In this document: one piece after another, positions 57,770 to 64,000 of the stretch | How the letters are laid out: each line of letters starts with the position of its first letter | Numbering within the stretch: the stretch's first letter is position 1 | Source of the DNA: an uncultured Clostridium sp. | Lineage (GTDB): Bacteria > Bacillota > Clostridia > Christensenellales > CAG-138 | Reading direction: 5' to 3' | DNA: 64,000 nt | Assembly: GCA_964392455.1 (NCBI GenBank) | Contig: CAYMPG010000001.1 | Span: 8,050-72,049, forward strand | Made by a program: the position numbers and the translations under genes | The notes under the pieces: model-generated | The model's input: the letters and a program-made list of their open reading frames with translations, nothing else | What the model was told of the DNA's origin: nothing | Database searches by the model: none

Positions 57770-59319
57770 TCCTCTCCTCCTTCGAGCATGATGATGATTT
57801 CTTCTTCTGTGTCCACGGTGTCGATGGTGGCATCAGTATCTGCTGTCTTTGCGGCCTGCATGGTCTTATATCGATAAATGAGGCCAAGTATCTGTATGGT
57901 GATAAGGGGAGTCATGGCTACCATGGCTACCACGCCAAAGGCATCCTGGGAAACATCCCCGCCCACTGCTACGCACAGGCCCATTGCCAGGGGCAGCAGG
58001 AAGGTGGCGGTCATGGGGCCTGAAGCTACGCCGCCTGAGTCAAAGGCGATGGCGGTGAACATGGGGGGCACAAAGAAGCTCAGCAGCAGCGCTATGCTGT
58101 AGCCGGGTATGAGCAGCCACATTATGTGCATACCGGTCAGCACCCTCAGCATTGCAAGGCCAACGGATATTGCCACGCCCACCGAAAGGCTTATGCTCAT
58201 TGCCTTGGGAGGGATAGTACCCTCAGTCATATCGTGCACCTGCTTATTCAGCACATGCACCGCAGGCTCGGCGGCAACAATAAAGTAGCCCAGCAGCATG
58301 CCCACGGGTATTATTATCCATCTGTAGGGCAGGGCGCCTATCAGCTCTCCAAGGTAATTGCCGACCGGCATAAAGCCCACGTTTGCCCCGGTCAGGAACA
58401 GCACCAGCCCCAGGTAGGTGTACAGTATGCCCACGCAGGCTCGTACAAGGTCATTGCCACGCATACGGGAGCGGGGTATCTGGAATATGCCGAATATGGC
58501 GATTATGGGCAGGAAAGCCATGGCCACTTCCTTGAAGTATTCGGGAAATGCCTCGGCAAAAAGCTGCCACAGCTCCATTGAGTTGCTTATTTCAGGCACC
58601 ACAAAGGGGGAGTAGGTGCCACCCTCGGCGCTGTACAGCAGCCCGAGTATCATTACCGCTACTATGGGGCCTATGGAGCAGAGGGCTATCAGGCCAAAGC
58701 TGTCTTCCCCGGCGCGGCTGTCGCTTCGCACGGAGGAAACGCCCACGCCCAGCGCCATTATAAAGGGCACCGTCATGGGGCCTGTGGTAACGCCGCCTGA
58801 GTCAAAGGCGGTGGAAAGGTAATCCCGGGGCACAAAGAATGCCAGTATGAACAGCATTGTATAAAAGCCCACCAGCAGCCATCTGAGGGGGATATTAAAG
58901 AATATCCTCAGCATTGACAGCACCAGGAATATGCCTACACCAAGGGCTACAGACCAGATGATGATGTGATTTGGTATGTTGGATACCTGCTGGGCCAGCA
59001 CCATAAGGTCAGGCTCGGATACTGTAATGAATACGCCCACTGCAAGGCTTACTATGAGTATGATCCACAGCTTTTTGGAGCGGGACATGACGGCGCCTAT
59101 GTGCTCGCCTATCCTGGACATGGCCATATCTGCACCGAGGGAGAAAAGCCCCATGCCGACTATGAGGAAACAGGCGCCAAGTACAAATGCCAGCATAACG
59201 CTGCTGGGAACAGGCGCTACAAAGAAACACAGCAGGAATATGACTGCCGTTACAGGCAATACGGACTTTAATGATTCTGCCAGTTTTTCAGGCAGCACGG
59301 TGCGAATGATGGATCTCAA
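57766..59319 (-). CDS. DUF1538-family integral membrane protein (duplicated domain)
   Basis: 517 aa, TTG start. Each half carries an AFDSGG(V)(T/A)(T/S)GPMT motif (AFDSGGVTTGPMT and AFDSGGVASGPMT). Confidence 0.75.
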   Translation of the reverse strand: MRSIIRTVLPEKLAESLKSVLPVTAVIFLLCFFVAPVPSSVMLAFVLGACFLIVGMGLFSLGADMAMSRIGEHIGAVMSRSKKLWIILIVSLAVGVFITVSEPDLMVLAQQVSNIPNHIIIWSVALGVGIFLVLSMLRIFFNIPLRWLLVGFYTMLFILAFFVPRDYLSTAFDSGGVTTGPMTVPFIMALGVGVSSVRSDSRAGEDSFGLIALCSIGPIVAVMILGLLYSAEGGTYSPFVVPEISNSMELWQLFAEAFPEYFKEVAMAFLPIIAIFGIFQIPRSRMRGNDLVRACVGILYTYLGLVLFLTGANVGFMPVGNYLGELIGALPYRWIIIPVGMLLGYFIVAAEPAVHVLNKQVHDMTEGTIPPKAMSISLSVGVAISVGLAMLRVLTGMHIMWLLIPGYSIALLLSFFVPPMFTAIAFDSGGVASGPMTATFLLPLAMGLCVAVGGDVSQDAFGVVAMVAMTPLITIQILGLIYRYKTMQAAKTADTDATIDTVDTEEEIIIMLEGGEE

Positions 59320-59539
59320 ATGCCGGGTATACTCCTTTCCATAATGTACAGTTTTGGATAAGTCATTAAATTTATATTAACTTATTTATGCCCTCAGGAC
59401 AACACCGGGAGTAAAAAGTTCCCCTCATATTAACGAAATTTTTGCATTTACCCCCTGATACAGGGCACTGTGATGCATAAACTGCGGCCTGCTGCACAGA
59501 ATAGACCATAACTATAAATGCCGCAAAAAGGGGGCGCAA

Positions 59540-59680
59540 ATGATGAATACCGCAGGGGAAAGGGCTATCCTGCCAAAGATGGAGCTTATACCCAGAGAGG
59601 GCAGAGAGCAGCCGGAGATAAGATACAGGGAGTATTGTGAAAGACTACGCCACAGAGAGGTGAGCAGCTATGAAAAATAA
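59540..59680 (+). CDS. Possible small ORF (46 aa) overlapping the spoVAC start
   Basis: AAAGGGGG RBS 6 nt upstream of ATG-ATG. Charged sequence MMNTAGERAILPKMELIPREGREQPEIRYREYCERLRHREVSSYEK. Confidence 0.25.
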   Translation: MMNTAGERAILPKMELIPREGREQPEIRYREYCERLRHREVSSYEK

Positions 59681-60128
59681 GCAGATAACGCCGGAGCAGC
59701 AGCACTATCAGCAGCGGGTAAAGGAAAAAATGCCCCGCAGCAAAACGCTGAGCCAGTGTATAAGGGCATTTGTATCAGGAGGGGCCATATGCTGTATAGG
59801 CCAGCTTGTGATGGACCTTGGAGAAAAGTGCCTTATGCTGGATGAAAAGGGAGTGGCTGCCTTTACTGCAATAGTGATGGTGTTCCTTGGGGCAGGGCTT
59901 ACGGGCCTTGGCATATATGATAAGATAGGCGCATGGGCAGGGGCGGGGTCAATAGTGCCAATTACGGGCTTTGCCAATTCCATAGTATCTCCGGCCATGG
60001 AGTTTAAGCGGGAGGGCTTTGTAACAGGCACCGCTGCAAAAATGTTTACCATTGCTGGGCCGGTGCTGGTATATGGAATAGGCAGCTCTGTGGTGGTGGG
60101 GCTCACATATTGGCTGCTTATGGCGTAG
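59670..60128 (+). CDS. spoVAC: Stage V sporulation protein AC
   Basis: Motifs CIRAFVSGGAICCIGQ and PITGFANS. Confidence 0.9.
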   Translation: MKNKQITPEQQHYQQRVKEKMPRSKTLSQCIRAFVSGGAICCIGQLVMDLGEKCLMLDEKGVAAFTAIVMVFLGAGLTGLGIYDKIGAWAGAGSIVPITGFANSIVSPAMEFKREGFVTGTAAKMFTIAGPVLVYGIGSSVVVGLTYWLLMA

Positions 60129-60140
60129 GGGGGAAAAGGT

Positions 60141-61187
60141 ATGGAATTTAACATACAGACCGGCAAGCGGGCAGGCCGGCAGACGCTGATTTTTTCCTGC
60201 CCCGGGGCAGTGGTGAGCTCAGGCACGGTGGTGGGCCCTCTGGAGGGCAAGGGGCCGCTGGGCGGGTGCTTTGATGTGGTGCTGGATGAGGATACCTGGG
60301 GGGAGGATAGCTGGGAAAAGGCAGAGCGGAAGATGTTTGAGCAGGCAGTACGCATTGCCATGGATAAGGTGGGGCTGGTGCCGGGCGGGATGGATTGCTT
60401 GCTGGGAGGAGATTTGCTCAATCAGATAATCTCTGCAAACTTTGCCGCAAGGGAGCTGAGGCTGCCCTTCCTTGGGCTGTATGGCGCCTGCTCCACCATG
60501 GCGGAATCCCTGCTGATAGGCGGTATGCTGCTGGATGGAGGGTATGCGGGCACGGTGGCCTGTACGGCGGTGAGCCATTTTTCCACAGCCGAGCGACAGT
60601 ACAGGAATCCCCTTGAAATGGGCGGGCAGACCACGCCCACGGCCCAGCGCACCGTTACAGGGGCCGGGTGCAGCATAGCGGCAGGGCCGGGGTATTCCGG
60701 CAGGCGTATGTACGGCAATGTGTTCATTACGGCAGGCACCATAGGCAAGGTGATAGACCTGGGCATAACCGATGCAAATAACATGGGGGCGGCTATGGCT
60801 CCCGCCGCTGCGGATACCCTTGCAGCCCACCTGAGCGACACCGGGCGGGGCGTAATGGATTACGACCTGATAGTAACGGGAGACCTTGGAAAATTTGGCA
60901 GCGAAATGTTTGAGGAGCTGTGCCGGGATAAGGGCATAGACCTGAAGGACAGGCATATGGACTGCGGGAATATGATATTCTCTCCCGAGCAGAAGGTGGA
61001 TTGCGGCGGCAGCGGCTGCGGGTGCAGCGCATCTGTGCTAAATGGCCGCCTTCTTGAGCAGATAGAAAAGGGCAAGCTCAGGCGCATATTCTTCATGGCT
61101 ACAGGCGCACTGCTAAGTCCCACCAGCAGCATGCAAAGCGAGAGCATACCCGGAATAGCCCATGGGGTGGTGCTGGAAAGGAAGTAG
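60141..61187 (+). CDS. spoVAD: Stage V sporulation protein AD
   Basis: Thiolase-like fold. Motifs GLYGACSTMAESL and IPGIAHGVVLE. Confidence 0.9.
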   Translation: MEFNIQTGKRAGRQTLIFSCPGAVVSSGTVVGPLEGKGPLGGCFDVVLDEDTWGEDSWEKAERKMFEQAVRIAMDKVGLVPGGMDCLLGGDLLNQIISANFAARELRLPFLGLYGACSTMAESLLIGGMLLDGGYAGTVACTAVSHFSTAERQYRNPLEMGGQTTPTAQRTVTGAGCSIAAGPGYSGRRMYGNVFITAGTIGKVIDLGITDANNMGAAMAPAAADTLAAHLSDTGRGVMDYDLIVTGDLGKFGSEMFEELCRDKGIDLKDRHMDCGNMIFSPEQKVDCGGSGCGCSASVLNGRLLEQIEKGKLRRIFFMATGALLSPTSSMQSESIPGIAHGVVLERK

Positions 61188-61189
61188 GC

Positions 61190-61546
61190 ATGGATTATAT
61201 ATGGACGTTTGTGGTGGGGGGAGGTATATGCGTGATAGGCCAGCTTTTATTGAGCCTGACAAGACTCACCCCTGCCAGGATACTGGTTTGCTTTGTGACG
61301 GTGGGGGTAATACTGTCGGCCTTTGGGCTGTATGAGCCGGTGGTGGAGCTTGCAGGGGCGGGGGCTACTGTGCCGCTGATAGGCTTTGGAAACTCCCTTG
61401 GCAGAGGTGCCATAGAGGCAGTGGCGGAAAAGGGCATAATAGGTGCCTTTACCGGCGGCATAACCGCCACGGCGGGAGGTGTGGCGGCAGCAATAGTATT
61501 TGGCTATCTGTTTGCCCTTATATGCACCCCAAAGACAAAAATGTAA
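61190..61546 (+). CDS. spoVAE: Stage V sporulation protein AE (SpoVAEb)
   Basis: Motifs GGGICVIGQLL and VPLIGFGNSL. Confidence 0.85.
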   Translation: MDYIWTFVVGGGICVIGQLLLSLTRLTPARILVCFVTVGVILSAFGLYEPVVELAGAGATVPLIGFGNSLGRGAIEAVAEKGIIGAFTGGITATAGGVAAAIVFGYLFALICTPKTKM

Positions 61547-61883
61547 ATACGCTCATGACACGGCCAACCCGCAACTGGGAACGGCCGCTTTTTTACATAG
61601 ATCTCCATTTTGCGTGGAACTTCATTGATTTTTTACTACCTGCATATTAGAATAAAGTAAGCCCATTATGCCCTTTTTTTGCAGGACATAGGGCCGGGAG
61701 AGCTGCATACACACAATAAATGCATTTCATCCTTACAGGTTACGGCTTGGTCACAAAAAACTGTGCGTAGCGGGCAAAGATGCAGACGAATGGCCCTTGC
61801 TCCGGAAAAAGAAAGGCGTTGCTGCAGCAGGTGACATTAGCTCAAGCCGTATCATAGCCACATATCACCTCCGGAGGGACTAT

Positions 61884-64000
61884 ATGACCGCAAAGACGGC
61901 CCACGCAAGCGAAAAGAAACGAATACTCATAGCCGATGACTCTCAGCTGAACAGGGAAATGCTCTCAGAAATGCTGGGAGATTCCTATACATACGCCTTT
62001 GCAGAGGATGGTGAGCATCTGCTCAGGCTGCTTTCAGAGGGAATTCAGGCGGATATACTGCTGCTGGATATGCATATGCCCCGCATGAGCGGTATGGACG
62101 TGCTGAAGATAATGAAGGCCCATCACTGGACGGATGAGCTGCCGGTGGTCATCGTTTCCGCAGAGAGCGATCTGGGCTTTATACGCAATGCCTACAGGCT
62201 GGGCGCAATAGATTACATACGGCGGCCCTTTGATGCATTCATGGTGCAGCACCGTGTGGAAAACGTGATAAACGTATATTCCCGCAATAAGCGGCTGGTA
62301 AAGCTGGTGGAAAGCCAGGTGATGCAGCGGGAAAAGGCAAACAATATGCTCATCAATATCCTGAGCCGCGTAATGGAGGTAAATAACCAGGAATCCGGCG
62401 ACCATACCCTGCGTGTACGTCAGATAACAAGGCTGCTGCTGGATAGATTGGTAGAGATAACCGATAGATACCTCCTGAGCGAGGAGGATATTGCCCTGAT
62501 AAGCTCTGTATCCGCCCTGCACGATATAGGCAAGATAGCGGTGCCGAAGGAGGTGCTGAATAAGCGGGGGGCCCTTACAAAGGAAGAATGGGCACTTATG
62601 AAGGCCCATACCGTAAAGGGTGACGAAATGCTCTGGGAGGTATCCGTGGACCAGAGCGAAAAGCTGATGGTGCTGGCCCATGAAATATGCCGCCACCATC
62701 ATGAGCGGTATGATGGCAAGGGATACCCTGACGGGCTCAAGGGAGACGAGATACCTATTTCCGCCCAGGCAGTATCCATTGCGGATGCATACGATGCCCT
62801 TACCAGCGACCGCTGCTATAAAGGGGCAATATCCCACCAGCGCGCCGTGGAAATGATACAAAATGGCGAGTGCGGCATGTTTAACCCGCTGCTGCTGCGC
62901 TGCCTTTCAGAGGTATCCGAAAGGCTTGTGGAGGTGCTGGACAGGGGCGAGTCTGAGTACAGCTACATAAACAGTATTCAGGATTTGACCGATGAGGCGC
63001 TGGAGCAGGAGGAGCTGCCCGTGGGCGACCGTATGCTGAACCTTGCCGAGGGGGAGCGGGCCAAGAAGGAATTCTTTGCAGGGCAGTGCGGCGGTATACA
63101 GTTTGAGTACGATGCCGTTGCCCAGAAGGTCACCTCCATAACCCGCTATAATGAAGCAGGCGAGAAAATATACCTGTCAAATACCGGCACCTATCTTCTG
63201 AGCCTTGATGACTGGACGCTGCTTAAAAAGAAGCTCAGGCTCACCACCCGTGATAAGCCCATGATCACCATGAATGCCCTTGTGCCGGTGGATGGTATGC
63301 CCCGGTGGCAGCGTGTGGCAGCCCAGAGCATATGGTCTGATGACAGCGAGAGCTACGTGGGCATAGTGGGCCAGTTTACCGATATTCATGATGAAATGGT
63401 GAAAAAGGGAAACGACCTGCTCATAAAGGGAATGCATATTACCGGCGAAAACTTCCTTGCCATGCGGCGGGTATTTGACCTGGTGCGGCTGGTGGATCCT
63501 GTAAGCCATCAGGTGCTGAGCATCAGCGAGGATGGCAGCATTGAGCGCAGCGGCAAATACTGCTACGAAATCTGGAATAGGAGCGATGGCTGCAAAAACT
63601 GCACCTCCCTTAAGGCCCTCCATAATAAGGACTGGATGACAAAGCTGGAGGCTATGGACGGGCGAATCTATTCCGTGCTTTCAAGGTATGTAAAGTATGG
63701 GGATGAGGATTGCATACTTGAGGTGGCCCTGTGCATGGATGATACCGTGGAGCGGGGCAGCGGAGAGGTGGGCTTTGTGCCGGATAGCGTTATCCTCCAG
63801 AGCTTTTACAGGGATACCCTTACCGAGGCCTATTCCCGGGCGTATCTTGACAGCTTCCAGGCAAATCTTGAAAACGCAAAGGGCGTTGCCGTGGTGGACG
63901 TGGACCAGTTTAAGCAGATAAATGACACCTATGGCCATCTGGCAGGCGATGCGGCGCTGAAGCATACCGCATCAGTTATATATTCCTGCATAAGGGATAA
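61884..64000 (+). CDS. Response-regulator receiver, HD-GYP phosphodiesterase, Cys-motif sensor region and GGDEF domain protein; 3' end beyond the window
   Basis: Not in the ORF track because no stop falls in the window. My own translation from ATG 61884 (GGAGGG RBS) stays open to base 64000. REC: ILIADDS...LLLDMHMP. HD-GYP: HDIGK...HHERYDGKGYP. GGDEF start: VDVDQFKQINDTYGHLAGD. Confidence 0.85.
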   Translation, partial: MTAKTAHASEKKRILIADDSQLNREMLSEMLGDSYTYAFAEDGEHLLRLLSEGIQADILLLDMHMPRMSGMDVLKIMKAHHWTDELPVVIVSAESDLGFIRNAYRLGAIDYIRRPFDAFMVQHRVENVINVYSRNKRLVKLVESQVMQREKANNMLINILSRVMEVNNQESGDHTLRVRQITRLLLDRLVEITDRYLLSEEDIALISSVSALHDIGKIAVPKEVLNKRGALTKEEWALMKAHTVKGDEMLWEVSVDQSEKLMVLAHEICRHHHERYDGKGYPDGLKGDEIPISAQAVSIADAYDALTSDRCYKGAISHQRAVEMIQNGECGMFNPLLLRCLSEVSERLVEVLDRGESEYSYINSIQDLTDEALEQEELPVGDRMLNLAEGERAKKEFFAGQCGGIQFEYDAVAQKVTSITRYNEAGEKIYLSNTGTYLLSLDDWTLLKKKLRLTTRDKPMITMNALVPVDGMPRWQRVAAQSIWSDDSESYVGIVGQFTDIHDEMVKKGNDLLIKGMHITGENFLAMRRVFDLVRLVDPVSHQVLSISEDGSIERSGKYCYEIWNRSDGCKNCTSLKALHNKDWMTKLEAMDGRIYSVLSRYVKYGDEDCILEVALCMDDTVERGSGEVGFVPDSVILQSFYRDTLTEAYSRAYLDSFQANLENAKGVAVVDVDQFKQINDTYGHLAGDAALKHTASVIYSCIRD

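Noticed and set aside
1-64000. CRISPR arrays, IS elements, integrases, prophage or recognised defence-system genes
   Set aside because: I noticed no regularly spaced repeats, transposase or integrase motifs, or terminal inverted repeats while reading both strands. The only mobile-element-like trace is the tRNA-Ser 3'-end duplication, reported separately.

Overview
All family assignments below come from reading motifs by eye; no database search was run. The window looks like a chromosomal segment of a spore-forming Firmicute of the Clostridia type. It has strong GC3 codon bias, which produces many long antisense shadow ORFs. Gene order partly matches Bacillus: pnp-ylxY-mlpA, then ylmE(yggS)-sepF-divIVA, plus spoVAC-AD-AE. 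Most content is housekeeping and transport. That includes four ABC systems, a TAXI-TRAP system, an MFS pump, glpK, pepT, psuK/psuG, dapB, pnp and two tRNAs. I saw no rRNA, CRISPR array, transposase or integrase.

Items worth a second look, in rough order:
1. An 867-aa TetM/EF-G-like translational GTPase is fused to a Rae1/YacP-type NYN RNase domain. It overlaps by 31 nt a YlmH-like S4 protein that sits away from the division cluster. This is a candidate ribosome-surveillance or mRNA-cleavage module.
2. A 29-codon Phe/Tyr-rich leader ORF plus an intrinsic terminator lies upstream of a COG2984/PF04392-type ABC transporter. This is a candidate ribosome-mediated attenuator.
3. selD carries an in-frame TGA (selenocysteine) at the catalytic position. 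The ORF track truncates this gene.
4. A monocistronic 203-aa protein with 17 Cys lies between two tRNAs.
5. A 21-nt exact duplicate of the tRNA-Ser 3' end sits 167 bp downstream of the tRNA. It looks like an att-like scar.
6. A 2544-aa cyclic beta-1,2-glucan synthase-like giant gene.
7. A DUF1538 membrane protein with a tandem P-II-like partner.
8. A REC/HD-GYP/GGDEF protein that runs off the window end and is absent from the ORF track.
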